This document shows, one piece after another, positions 49,480-63,133 of a stretch of DNA of 64,000 bases. The stretch's first letter is position 1. Each line of letters begins with the position of its first letter. Under the pieces are notes generated by a model. It saw only the letters and a list, made by a program, of their open reading frames with translations, had not been told where the DNA came from and did no database searches. The stretch lies in assembly GCF_000150275.1 (NCBI RefSeq), contig NW_002060943.1:3003264-3067263 (forward strand), given 5' to 3'. The stretch is from Trichoplax adhaerens. Lineage: Eukaryota > Animalia > Placozoa. Made by a program: the position numbers and the translations under genes.

Positions 49480-49903
49480 GGTCTTTTACATTAGCTGGAA
49501 ATATATTCAAAACATTATTTTCAATCTGTTGCGTGGATACCGAAACGAAGAGCACATCATTAATAAATTTTTGTTTGGACTATCGATTATAAAATCGTTT
49601 GGCCTTCTGTATTCGCTGGAAATACAGTATATCCAAAACATTATTTTTAATCTGTTGCATGGATACCAAAACGAAGAGTACAGCATTAATAATATGTCAT
49701 TTAGACTATTGATTATTAAATCGTTTGATCTTCTGCATTCGCTGGAAATATATCCAAAACATTATTTTTAATCTGTTGCATGGATACCGAAACGAAGAGC
49801 ATAGCATTAATAAATTATTGTTTAGACTATTGATTATTAAATCGTTTGATCTTCTGCATTAGCTTCAAATATATCCGAAATGTTATTTTCAATCTGCTGC
49901 ATG
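49480..49903. repeat. Tandem repeat with a unit of about 121-126 bp, about 3.5 copies
   Basis: ctggaaat...aaacattatttt.aatctgttgc.tggatacc.aaacgaagag recurs at about 49495, 49616, 49742 and partially 49863. Confidence 0.92.
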
Positions 49904-50209
49904 ATTCCTACGCCAGATTAACATTGTAGGTATGGATTGGATTCCATAATCTAATGCAGTCTCTCTTTATTGAACAATTTCTTCTGTGGGGAAACAAGCA
50001 TTGCGAGGATATTTTATCTCGTATACATCATTCTTGGTCAACTTTCGTAGCATCTGGTTCGTTTCCCCTTCATTACGATTGCTTTTTAAATTAGCTTTAA
50101 TGTTGAATATGCGTTGATATTGATATTGATATTAACTTTTACTGATAATTATAATTCTAGATTCATGCTAGGAATGGCCTACCAAGAGTGTTGATCATTT
50201 AATGTAAGT

Positions 50210-51106
50210 TTATATAATAAAATTTAACGCTTGCCTCTCAACAGGACTTAGCTGATAATGCCATAAATCAATTAACAAAATAACACGATCTTGATCGTTG
50301 CTATCATGCTGTACACTGTGAAGATAGGAATCATCAAAGAGTAGGCATTGGCCATCAACCCATTGACGAGTTTCATTGCCAACCTTTAAGCTACATTGAG
50401 ATGGTGTATGAAGGGTCAAATGACAACGTATCCTATAATTGCATGGACCATAATGAGGTGCAATCTTTGTTGATGGTATAATTTTAGAAAAGCAAGCATT
50501 ACCAAAGACATTGCCACGCATAAAATGACGCAATTGATGATCTATTAGATGAGTTGTTTGTGGGCAGATTTGACAGTTTTCAACGACTTTATGGCCTTGA
50601 TTATACAAGTAAAATAACGTCCAACTGCCTTCCTTTTCTTGATTATGACACCAGCCCTTTGAAAACGTTTGAGCTGCATAATAATCATCACGTATTAAGT
50701 AGAGATTTTCTTGTAATATCTGTATATCTTGCATTAATGGGTGATTAGTAGCTAATGTGTACCAAGGTTGGGTTAAGATGTAAGGCAAATAAAGTGATGT
50801 AGGACATTGCAATGTACAAGGTGATGCATTTTTTACCGTGATTCCATCGTTCTTAACGATATTATCTAGTACTTGATACAAGTTTGTTAAATGTTCTTGG
50901 CTATTAGTCAATTTTATGAACTGTTGCAATTTTAGATGTAGTAATTGGTAATCTATTGCACCACAACGCATGCAGTTCGGTGATGAACAACCCGTTTTGG
51001 AGTGAGGGTTGTAAGGCTTCTTGTCAAGCCATCTACTCTTCAATGTAAATAACAGGACAGGAGAGATTACAGCAATTAAAGCGATGACTAACCATTCCAT
51101 AGCCAA
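50210..51106 (-). CDS. ASPHD2: Aspartate beta-hydroxylase domain-containing protein (2OG/Fe(II) dioxygenase), single coding exon
   Basis: N-terminal TM anchor, CSSPNCMRC motif, W..FYLYNQG, NC..CP.T, FGNACFS, IAPHYGPCNYRIRCHL, FDDSYLHSV and RVILLIDLWH. Confidence 0.9.
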   Translation of the reverse strand: MAMEWLVIALIAVISPVLLFTLKSRWLDKKPYNPHSKTGCSSPNCMRCGAIDYQLLHLKLQQFIKLTNSQEHLTNLYQVLDNIVKNDGITVKNASPCTLQCPTSLYLPYILTQPWYTLATNHPLMQDIQILQENLYLIRDDYYAAQTFSKGWCHNQEKEGSWTLFYLYNQGHKVVENCQICPQTTHLIDHQLRHFMRGNVFGNACFSKIIPSTKIAPHYGPCNYRIRCHLTLHTPSQCSLKVGNETRQWVDGQCLLFDDSYLHSVQHDSNDQDRVILLIDLWHYQLSPVERQALNFII

Positions 51107-52039
51107 TGATTAGCCTCGTATGATTTAGTATTTATATTATTAAATGGATAACGGTGTAAATTTCTCTCTAAACTATCCAAGTTTGATCGTTAACCTACGA
51201 GTGTAATCCAGTGTCGCCTAAATAATATGTTAATTTGTCTAGACCTTGGCTTTCTTGTTAAACTTCCCTTACTTACCGTATATAAATCAGTTCTTCCGCC
51301 AGAAGCTATCAGCATCTAAGTGTATCTATAGTGATAATAGCAAATCATTCCATCTAATCTACAATCGTGGACTATTTTACAATATGCAGAGACTTGGATA
51401 TTGACCAAAGTTGTTGATTGCTCAATGAATTAGTTGTTGCAGCTGAGAAACGGTTGCCATAGTGCTGGTCTTCATTCCAGACAATAAATGTACCCGAGTT
51501 GCCTTCTATCGACTAATAGGAAACTCATTGAAGTTAGTAGTTAAATCCATTTCGAATACTCACTAAGTAGAGTCTCAGTTCATAGGTAAAACACTAGGAA
51601 CGACTGGACTAAAAGAGAAATGGAGATTTCCTGTTCTAAATTGCTGGAAAGACGATATGAAGGACTCCCTGGTACAGTATACAAGTTTATAGGCTTTAGT
51701 GAGGATTTCTAACCGCGTATGGTTCCTGGCTGAAGATGTGATACAGTACACAAGAATAGGTCTCTAAATATACCGTATTGTATGGAACTGAAAGTGCAAA
51801 TGCAGCACTAATCCTGAATTGCTTGTACTAACGCACTGAGTAATGGATTTCCGATCTCGGTTTTTAAGACAGCATATTAAGATATTAAGTGGATTACCTC
51901 TAAAAGGTCCTTGATACAACCATTACACAGGTAGTTATTAGTTCTATTTTAGACGAGCTTGCAAATACCCTTTAGCTTACAGGATCTCATTTATAGCCTA
52001 TTACCTTCTTCCACTAAGCAAATTTTACTCAGTCTAGCA

Positions 52040-52350
52040 CTTTAATTCGACAACGATGCATTTCGCCCAAATGCTATTATGCTGGCACAACTGTCATCGC
52101 AAATCCCTGGAATGTTCGCGTGTATATTATCCTTTTACGCATATTAGGACATAGTGAAGATAGTCTGAACTACATAGCTAGTATTACAATTTGACAACGA
52201 TACGTTTGCTACCGACTGAGACTCCATTACCTTATGCTTGCATAGCAGTGATCGTAGATCCCTCGAATACATGCATACATGTTGTTCATCTTACGCATAT
52301 TAGGACATAATCAAGATCAGAGACCCTAATGAAGGTAGTTCGGACTACAT
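52040..52350. repeat. Imperfect direct duplication (about 150 bp x2)
   Basis: ttacgcatattaggacata occurs at about 52135 and about 52291, with flanking similarity (atcg.a.atccct.gaat; actacat.gct). Confidence 0.7.
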
Positions 52351-53450
52351 CGCTGTACACGCAACTTACCCTATAATATTGTATTGATTCTAATTCTTTT
52401 TTAGGGAACAGAAAACATCAATTTGCTTAATTAACATTCACATATTCTCGTGCGATAGCTGCATACAACCATTATTACATTTTTATTTTTGCTAACAGGA
52501 AATTATCGGAAAACAATATCTGTTTAAAGAAATTTACAGAAACTTTCGATGGCTCTACCAATGAGTATTTTGATACAGTTGTCAAGTTCTTTATACTTTA
52601 GTCAGTAGTCTATACATATCAATGGATATGGTTATAAAATTATTACATGTATTCATAGTCTCGCTTGACTAATCATAAATACATAAGTATAATTAATCAA
52701 CGTATTCATTATGAGTTGGGTATCAGATGAACACTTCAAGGGTAAATAATTTAATGATGAACAATTATCGATTATAATGAAATTTTGACTCCAGTATGAG
52801 TCATGAGATAAGCCCAACAATGAAAAAGATAATCATACATCTAAAATTTTATCAATACAGCTGCCCAAATTTAAAATGATAACGACAACACCAGATTAAT
52901 CCTGTTCTTATACAGCTCTGCCTTAGCTAATACAAATAGAATATGTATGGGCAATTTAAGTTAGTTTAATCGAAGACGCAATTATAATACAACGTTACAT
53001 CATTTACGATAAGATATTAATCAATAGACGCTATTTCTAGATCTTATGAGATCAGTTCCTCAACTGTTGAGGAAAACTTGAAATGGCTATCGTTTTCTGA
53101 GAACGATAATTACCAATATTGTTACCGCATTATGTTAATACGACGAGTCTGTAAACACACATTTATATCATTAGATCGCTTAGGAATGGATAGAATAAAG
53201 CAAGCTACGAGAATAAAATGTGAAATGTTTTGAAGACACCCTATGTACTATAACGATAGCAAACAGAAATTATTCTAAGATTGATAAATCGAATATTGGA
53301 AATACTATATAACTAAAAATCTAACTTTGATAAAGTCCAGCAATTCAATTAGGACATATGATACTACCTTTCGATTACGTAAATTAATCAAACATAATGT
53401 ACATTTGAATTACGATAAGTATTCATAATAACGCTTTTCGTCTTACCTAT

Positions 53451-56400
53451 TTACTGTACGTTATTTGGTAGTTCAGGTGAGTTACAGATATGCACAATTT
53501 CCAATGCTGATTGATCTAAACCTCGAGAACAGCGCATTATACATTGAATATTCTTAGGATCAAGAGCTTGATCGCCTGGCTCTTTGCAAAAATTAATTAA
53601 TTCTTCCGCATTTGATTTTAGAAAAACGCACTTTGTTCGAATGAAGGCGTCCAAAATACAGTTACTCTAATAAATTAAAAAATAATCATTTGCATCACCA
53701 ACTATTCTTAAAAATTACCTCGTATCAATGTGATTATAACTTTCAATATCTTTGTAACTAAGATGACAAATGACCTGATCAACGCAGGATACAAAATTCG
53801 TACAGGCCCTCAGTATGGCTACTCCTGATGGCCAAAAGCTACAGAAATCAATTCCGTAACGAAGAGAATAAGTAAAATATTACGTTTAGTAAACGCCTGT
53901 GCGAACCGTATATACTCTGTTCATAATAGTGCCTTCATCTAATGTGTTTGTCAGTCAAATCAACTTTTTTACGCAGTTTTTTAAGTTAGTCTAGTAATTA
54001 CATACTTTGAAACCTCCTTATTTGCTACAGAGAGATTTAACGCATTTATCAGTTCCTGCAGTTTATTGTAGCAAAGGAACAATTGCTGCTCAAAAGTATT
54101 TTTGTTCTCGTCTACAATACTGCCTTGTTGATAGTTGTTGCCATTTGCTAATGATGAATATTCTGAGAAATTTTCATTAGCGGAAGCGTCCGTTGCAATC
54201 CTTTCTCCCTGTAAATTGCCAAAGTTAGCGCCATTTTCTTCAAACAAAAGAGATTCCGTTCTGCCGTTCGACATAGTTTCATCATAGCCAGGAGGACCAA
54301 ACCTTGCAGTTAATTGATCTGTCGTTCCTGCGGATCTTAATTTCTGAATTGTAGTATTCACACAATTATTTAACCGACATTTCATTGAAGATGGAAAATA
54401 ACAAATCGTATTGTTAATACTTTACTATTTGGTCAAAAACGATAACTATTCAGTTAAAACTACTTACTACATCATTACTTAAACCATCTGGTATGGACAT
54501 TTGATTTTCTGGTAACGAGCCATTCAATGAAAGTTCTTGGACTGATCGACATCCATTCATATTTATACCCATAGGAACATTCTATACCAAAGTGAAATTA
54601 GTGTTAATACAACGCTCCAGTCACAAGCACAGTAATCAAAGTAAATGGAGCTCCTATCACTCAAAGACTATCTTCTGACGTCAATGCATCAGTTATTTTG
54701 CAAACCGAAGGAAATACGATACATCTTTCAGTAATACTATTTACAGTTAATAGCAGTGTCTGTAACAAGTTGTATTCGTACCTGGTGCAGATGGCTAGTG
54801 CTATTCACTCTACCCATGCCATAACCATTAGTAGGAAGATAATTGTTGGGCTGCGAACTATTTCTGTAACTACCTGATAATTGTTGATTTTGCAGCGGTA
54901 CCATGGTATTGCCGTAATTGGTACATTGATTTATAAATCCTGTAGAACCATAGCTATTACTATATGGATTCATTCCATATGTTTGGTTCCTTTCTTTGTC
55001 ATCAACCCGTTGCTTTAGATCATTAACCTACAAGAATCGCAAATCATGTCAGTAAAAAGCTGATTAGGTAATGAGCTCGAAACTAGATTTGTCACAGCAG
55101 TTGTATGCCAATGACCTCTTTGCGTATATCCTGTAATGAGCTCCATATGTTTGAAATATATTCTAAAATTTGTTGATAATTTTGTTCTTGTGTTTTAACT
55201 TTTCTTTCGCTTGGCAGTGCAGCTATATTAGATATCCTTCGTAGTTCATCCTGCATCATAAATTATAATGCGTAAATATTGCTTCTAGAGCCGGTTTGAT
55301 ACAATACAATAAAGAGGACATAATATATATTGCATCATCTTATCATATTACATTGTTAGCTAAATATGCACAATAATATAGCAATTTAATGAATAACTTA
55401 CATTTCCCATAGCTAACTTCTGCATCATAGTTATCTCCTCGCTGTTCTAATGATATCAAGAGGATTAAATTTCAAGACGCAAATAATTTACGAAAGCACC
55501 ATTATATTCGGATTGCAAAGCTAAAATTGACATTTCAATAAAGAGTGAGTTTACTTTATATTAAGTACTAACATTAGCCTCCATTATAGCATCTCTACTT
55601 ATGCTATTATTTTCAGTGGAGATCTTCTTCGAGTGGGGCATACCACTAATATCATCAACGGTTTCTACTATAGGAAAATTAAGTATTCTTACGATAAGCA
55701 AAATAGCATATTATGCATATTTATTGCGTTAACAACCTATACAATGGGCTAAAGGGTAAAATTTCGCTTATCTCATAACATTTTTGCTTTAAATTGATGA
55801 TAGCAGCGATAGTAAGTTCTATAATTTTTACCAAACTGCGATTCCTTCCATTTAGTGAATGGTTCTTTGCCTTCTTGGCGACGATAAGTTTCATACCATA
55901 TATCATACAGTAAGGTGGTGAATTCCACACCAGTTACAAGGCCTAGTTTTTGTCTTGTCTGTTTAAATTAAACGAAATTTGAGAATAATTACGAATAGTA
56001 ATTAGTTACACTTATGGGCTCGTAAATTTTAATATGCAGAGCAATACTATGTGCAGAAAATTACGCTTTCTTGATTGGAATTTTTAAACAAAGGGAATAT
56101 ATCAATGCTACACAAAAATTGCGTTTCAGATAAATCCTGATATGAATAGAAGCTAGTCACTACATAAATAATTTTTAATTCGTCAATCATTTAAAACATA
56201 GTGTACCTGATTTCTGGTCATAGATAAATCGGTGTTGTTTGGTAAGAAGCCTACCGGTAAACTTTTCAATTTGTAGTCTTTAGGCGCAGCTAATTTACAA
56301 TACAAAATTATGGTATTCATTGCTCATAAATATCATTAGATACAATCGCATGCAGTTTATAAGTAAACTATAAATTACATAAACCGCATTTAATTATATG

Positions 56401-59400
56401 TATATTTTCCAGTAGAATATGGGCGAAAAGGACATCAAATTTTTACCCATTTCGGCATCACGTCTTTCTAATTCATCATATATATCAGCAACTAAATTTT
56501 CAAACTGACGATTAGAAAGCTAAAGTTATAAAAGATAACGAGAAAAGCAAATATATTAGAGTTCAAAATCAAAGGCTGACGAGATAGTATACATAGCTCA
56601 AAATAAACAAATCTTTTCGAAATGAACGTCAATAGTAAATTTTCAATGTATATATAACTATATCTTTAGCATACTTTACTAAATAACTTTCGTATATCCT
56701 TAAGATGTTCCGCCCGTTGTATATTAACACTAGTTATTAAAATAAAAATTAACCTTAGCTGGTAAAATAGAAATAGAAAGGAAGTAAATATTGAAATTAC
56801 TTTGCAGGCAATTCCGGCACAGGAAAGACTTTACGAATTTTGTGATCTATCATATGATAATTATCAATTAAGAATTAATTCAAAGAAAGCATCATCTAGT
56901 GATCTATGCAGACACCATATACCCAAATCTAATATATATATAGACATGTGATTGCATGACAAGCATCAATGTCAGATACATAGCAGCTGTACTATATACA
57001 GCAATTATATATAAATATATATTATTTACCGGGCTTTTTTCCAGATACAAAATGAATTATTTTTGATATAACCTCGTACTGAACTTCAACGATACGCTCA
57101 GCAATTTTATCATGTTTGTTATTCCTAGAATCAAAACTGGCTATTAGTAGGCATAGATACGCGTAGATTCTGGCAAGATTTTATCATAAACTAGATGCTA
57201 ACCTATGACACCTTTTCGAAATGATTACGCTACAATTGACATGCGCCGATTACCCAACAAGGTACGGCATATTTAATAGCATACCACTATATGAATAGAT
57301 TACTGAAAAGCGATAGTATTGTACATATGATGTACGGCATTGTACAATTTAATTTAAATGATGTACAGTAGTACAAGGTTACACACGATTAATATTTACC
57401 ACGCATAATCTGCTGGTGTCCTGCCATCACAGTCTTTAGCATTTGGATTAGCACCGTAAATTAATAGCAATTCTGCTAGCAATGGAAACCCAGAAGCAGC
57501 TGCTTCATGTAAGATAGTAACGTCATTCTCCTATTTTATGGAAGTCCATCATAACTTAGCGAAACGTTATGCGATAATTTTGTATTGCATACAGCTGTAT
57601 GACTACATCAGTCAAGTTGGCATTAAAATAATCTCAACATGTACAATTATACAATACAACCATAGGACAGTTTTGTTCAACAATACATGCAAATAGTAGC
57701 ACGCAAAAGCGATTAGCAACCTTAATTGAAAATAGTATAGCTGCGACTATTCGATTAGAAGAAAGCATTTCCTTAAAATAAGCCTATAACAATATCTAGT
57801 TTCGTAACAAATTTCAACATAAATACAGTATACTAACATCATCAATGATGAAATCAGGATCGGCTCCTAAGGAAAGATACTTTAAAGCTACTTCGAGATG
57901 TTGCTGGCAAACAGCAAGGTGTAGTTGCTATACATAGTTGACGTAAAAAGTTAGGTCATAGTTAGAAAGAACAAATCTTAATTACATCATTATGTAATTA
58001 TTGAAGCTAATAAAAATAAGTTGACATCACATTAATCTTTAGTCGAAAATACGCGTATAACTATGAAATCTCAGAAAAAATCACCTTATTTAATTCTGTA
58101 GGCTGTAAGTCATCACGACTTGCGTACTTGTTCGTAAAAGCTAACTCTTTATACTTCGCTTTAATAAATTTCTCTTTATCTTTGCTATACAGATTTAAAA
58201 CACATATACATTGAGAATCATTTTATCGGTCAAAATATACATTACTTAGTCTATTATATCGCGTAATGATAATATGTTTATTTCTAAAATCTTACACGTA
58301 AGCATTCAGTAGAGACTGCTATCTACTACATATAACGTACAACACTATGCATTTTACTCTTACAGAGAATCGGTGTCAGTAGGCTTTTTGATCGGATTTT
58401 TTATATTCGTAAATTCAGCCAAGCTATGCTCCCATAACTTATTAGAACCCAAATCGTGTAACGTGCGCAGCATCTAAGAAGTAAAATTATTCTATTTAGA
58501 ATACGTATCACGTAAAGATGAAGATAGATACGCTAGTAAAGATCGCCCCTTCCTTTACAATCAGATTTGGAAAGCAATATTTGAAAGAGGTTAATTATAA
58601 CAGCTTCGTCAATACGTTTATAATACCTGTAATTGATTGGAAGGCCAGTTATTACCATCTAAGCAACGAATATAAGAAATGTGTTTGCCTAAGCTGCGGT
58701 GAATACTGCTGCATTCATCACATAGAAAGACAGCACGATTTATTGAGGCCCACATTCCATCTTATGAATAAAATGCAAAGTAAAAAATTAATCAAATGTT
58801 ATAATTGTCCTAAAATCGCTAATACTCGTATACAGAGAAATACAATGCATTCTGCCTTTGATTTTTTTTTTTTTATATTTTATTAATGAATTAATTATTA
58901 TACGTGTTTGAACAGCATAATGTAAAAGTATACGAGTTGATCGCCCTTCAAGTAGATGAAGTACAGTAAAAATCCGACAAAGATTGCTTTTTTTGATAAC
59001 AATATAATCAGCTACTTCAAACTGGTCATGTTTATTGGCATTCTTTGACGAAGGCCGTAAAATATTGTTTATCGCTAGCCTAAAAGAATTAGGCTTGCTT
59101 GAGTACCGAAAATCACGCCAAGGAAAAATAAATTTTAAAGCTTTTTCATTTGTAGATATGCTCGGATGATTATCGTTATTGTCTACAAAATTGATTTGGT
59201 ATTTCATGGACGTTTATTGACTAAAATTATTCATACTGGTATATCGGTTTTATTTGTTTTTTTATTTTAATCTGTCAACGATCAGAGCAACAATACTGAT
59301 GGATGCTTGAAGAACAAGAAATCAGTAAGTTATGAAATTTGTTATTGTTCTTTTTTTGTATCTCTCAACGGAACATCTTGGGATAGGTAATGAAAAATAT

Positions 59401-60890
59401 TGGATAACATACTGCAACGTTCATTGTAATCAGTTTGATATATTGTAAGCATGTCTCGGTTTTCATTTCAGTTAATCTACCGGCGGACAGTATCATAGTA
59501 ATTCAAGTATCCCTATATAGTTGTTGCCCTTAATTGAATTAGAATTCGTAGCCAATAAACATGTATCAAAGTGTATATATATTTACGTATTGACAAGCTG
59601 ACCCAAATTGAACGTCATAGATCAATAAACATGTTGAGGATACCGTTATTACACTACAAAAACTAAGAATGATCACAAGACACAACTATTCAAGATCTAT
59701 TTACACGATTTGAAACTATTCATATGAAGAATAGTAGCATATACTGTACTCTAATTTCAACCTATGAAAGAAAAGATGCTCAAGTTCTCCATGTACAGTA
59801 GTGTGCCAACTTTATGTTACGTTTTTATGATATTGATCATGTTGATGGAGATTGGAAATTATTTTACTGTTGTACGTCAACGGGCTTCAATCTTGGTTCT
59901 ACTGTACGTACAGTAGAACAGTCTATCCTCAATATTGAACTAATTAATGTCAGTTTGCTGTCTAGAGAATCGATTTTAGACATGGACCGTATCAACAGAG
60001 CAATTTACAACGTTTAATAGCCAAGGAAGAAGAAATACTGTCCTTGAAGGACAAAAGAACACTACTGTACGCAGTAGGATAATGCAATGATTTGCGTCCC
60101 GACCACAGTTAAAAAGCGACAACTTAACGACCTAACTAGTCAGGAATAATTTTACGCGTCGATAAGCACTGAGACCGTCTTGCAAACTAATGGATATCCT
60201 GTAGTGTACTGCATAGCTTACAAATGACATTTTTCATCATTTGCTTCATTTAATTAAAATAATCAAAGGAATGAATTGAGTCATTAAATGCATGATGAGT
60301 TCAATTACGTCCAATCAAGAATAATATATGGTTATCATCATCATCACGCCATCAATCATTCAATGTTTTAAAGTACCAATGGTGTACAGTAGTCTCTTGA
60401 TTGATAAGATGAAGTAAAAAGAATAACCTACAAGCTACAGCTAAATCATGATGACCTTGGTCCACTATGATTAGAATTACGCGTATATTGGACTTGATTG
60501 CATGTATCTTCTATTCATGCTAGTACCAGTTTATAGTTGCATGGAGAAAGTGAATGACCGATTTCTATCGATTATTATCATTCTTCAGTGAATGCCCATT
60601 TACTATTTATTGCAGTGGCAATAGCCCACTGAATGATTGTACTGGAACTGATGTGGAGACAACAACAATACTCTCCCAAATATCATGTAATCTTTTTACA
60701 TGGTAGGGTATCATTTAAGATGGATTAAATTAAGGTTGGTTGAGAGAGGGGGGGGGGGGGAAATAAGTAAACCGCAAAGGACAATCGACATCATTGATTG
60801 GACAAATAATATAATCATTACTTAGTACTTACACGGTGCGCCACAGTCATCGCAATCGGCACTGGAAGGGTAGGGAGTTTTCTTAGCCAT
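53451..60890 (-). CDS. GIT1/2: ARF GTPase-activating protein GIT (ArfGAP zinc finger, ankyrin repeats, Spa2 homology repeats, C-terminal paxillin-binding domain), many exons
   Basis: Exon 1 MAKKTPYPSSADCDDCGAP (60890-60833) splices to YGMWASINRAVFLCDECSSIHRSLGKHIS (58760-58627). Later exons give SNKLWEHSL, FIKAKYKELAF, ankyrin segments (GANPNAKDCDGRTPADYA), the SHD repeats LSNRQFENLVADIYDELERR and FLP...TRNQTRQKL, and a C-terminal helical bundle ending at TAA 53451. Confidence 0.93.
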
Positions 60891-62121
60891 GTTTTTGAAG
60901 CAATCTTTGCAAAATGTTTGTTGTTGTTGTTGTTTTCAACGACGTCGGCACAGAACGAAACGTCTCCTCTACACAATATCTAGGCTTACATACAGCAGCA
61001 GTCTGAAGGAGGAGGTCGAGGAATGGATGAAGGGGAAAATATGTTGAGAATGTGCAAAAATGCCAGTAGTCTGATGATGACCAGCCAATAAATCAATACA
61101 ATGCGTTGGTGGAGATAACTTTAGCGTTACAGCGATAGTGATATAACATAGTCTGCTTGCACTTTGCCAATCAATCTATGTACAAAAAGGTAGAACAACA
61201 ATCAAACATTGACGAACCTTAGCCAAACTGTTTGTACTCTAAAATTGTACCCTGACGAGACAAGAGCAAGTAAATCTGTTGACAAGAGGTCTATCGTCGT
61301 CAAGTTATCCAATTTTTGATGTTTCCTACTACGTCCAATTCTAGTCCATGTTATTGACTTTATCATCGTCGGTAATACTCCTGTACGTCTGCCTTTCTTA
61401 AAACTACTTGTATCATTGAAAGTGACATAAAGATTAAAAAGTCTTGTACAAGACTTTGATTCTACTAGTCAGTTAGTAAAGAAGAAGGAAATGCCACTAC
61501 TACCGACAGGAATAACTTGGTTCCTTGGCAGTCGTAACAACTTGATTGTTATCCTTTTGATTGCTCTGCTTGTATACTATTATGTTGTCCTACATGCATT
61601 TTATCAGTCCATCAAACTACTACATCCGTTCCATGATAGAGTAGAAAAGTAATTTTTGCCTTTTTTCATGTTAATATGAAAAAAGGCAAGGGAAAAACAT
61701 TGGAAATATCCCATAAAATCCACTCCAGCTCAAGTCAATAGAGTTAATCTCAGCGGTATTCCACATTATTAATTATTCAACATGATCTAGTTGAACGTTA
61801 TCGCGCTGGTGACGACGTTTCGTGATCCCTTCTGCGTGTTATTGCATATCGCATGTGGATTAAAAATAAATAAATAGAGCCTCCAATGGATTGGACTACG
61901 TCAGTCAAGGCAGAATAGCTGTGCTAAACCCCCCCCCCCCAAAAAAAAAAATGTCAATACAACAGCCATCTTGATGGATTCTACTCGCAAGTTATATCCT
62001 ACCTTGGAGAAAGCAATTTGCTTTGGAGCGTCATTGAGCAGCCTATGACGTCGACGATGAGGGCTGGTCGTCAATCGACTGGTTGCGCTTTGCTTGTAGT
62101 GTATCTTTCTTCCTTAAACTG

Positions 62122-63133
62122 AGCGAGATTTTATTGCCTTGGCATAACACCAATAACGATCCACTCACTCACTACTCTCTACGTCTGCTTCACGATGACT
62201 GCAGTCTATCTGTCATGAAAAATTCTACCTACAAATTCGCGATTTGCAGCAACAAAAATCTCCAGCGCGTTCTACTGACAAATCTTCATTGACACTCTAT
62301 TATTATGATCATCAAGGGCAACAACGACCACAGTATGACCGTTAAGGCCACCCAGGGCAACAACGTAAACCACAGTGGCACAGTATGACCGTAAGCCTGA
62401 TCTCGACTTGTGTCGAGATCCGGTATGGTACGGAAATGTACCGTGCACAGTGTACAGTGTACAGTGTACAGTGTACAGTACAGTGTACTGGACTCTCAAA
62501 AACCATGTCACCCGTCAACCCAGCGAGATTTTATTGCCTTGGCATAACATGAAGGGCGATCCACTCTCTACGTCTGATTAACGATGGCTGTAGTCTATCA
62601 GTCATGAAAAATTCTCTATTTGCAGCAACAAAAGTCTCCAGTGTGTTCTACTGACGAATCTTCATTGATACTTTATTATTATCATCAAGGGCAACAACGT
62701 AAACCACAGTGGCACATTATGACCGTTAGGCCTGATCTCGACACAAGTCGAGATCAGGTATGGTACGGTACTGTACCGTGTCTAGTGCACAGTGTACAGT
62801 GTACTCGACTCTCAAAAACCATGTCACCCGTCAACCCAGCGAGATTTTATTGCCTTGGCATAACGTGAATGGCGATCCACTCTCTACGTCTGATTAACGA
62901 TGGCTGTAGTCTATCAGTCATGAAAAATTCTCTATTTGCAGCAACAAAAGTCTCCAGAACGTTCTACTGACGAATCTTCATTATACTTTATTATTATCAT
63001 CAAGGGCAACAACGTAAACCACAGTGGCACAGTATGACCGTAAGCCTGATCTCGACTTGTACGGTACTGTACCGTGTCCAGTGCACAGTGTACAGTACAG
63101 TGTATAGGACTCTGAAAAAAACATGTCACCCGT
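62122..63133. repeat. Complex tandem repeat, 3 copies (about 400, 316 and 296 bp), with internal hairpins and a (TGTACAG)n tract
   Basis: agcgagattttattgccttggcataac starts at 62122, 62522 and 62838. Each unit ends near catgtcacccgt. Confidence 0.93.

Noticed and set aside
49478-49903. Repeat array as a CRISPR or a repeat-protein ORF (49478-49771)
   Set aside because: Whole units are repeated with no unique spacers, there are no cas genes and the context is eukaryotic. The ORF is a by-product of the repeat.
58518-59207. 122-aa plus-strand and 139-aa minus-strand ORFs
   Set aside because: The first is antisense to GIT exon 2. The second lies in GIT intron 1 and has no recognisable motif.
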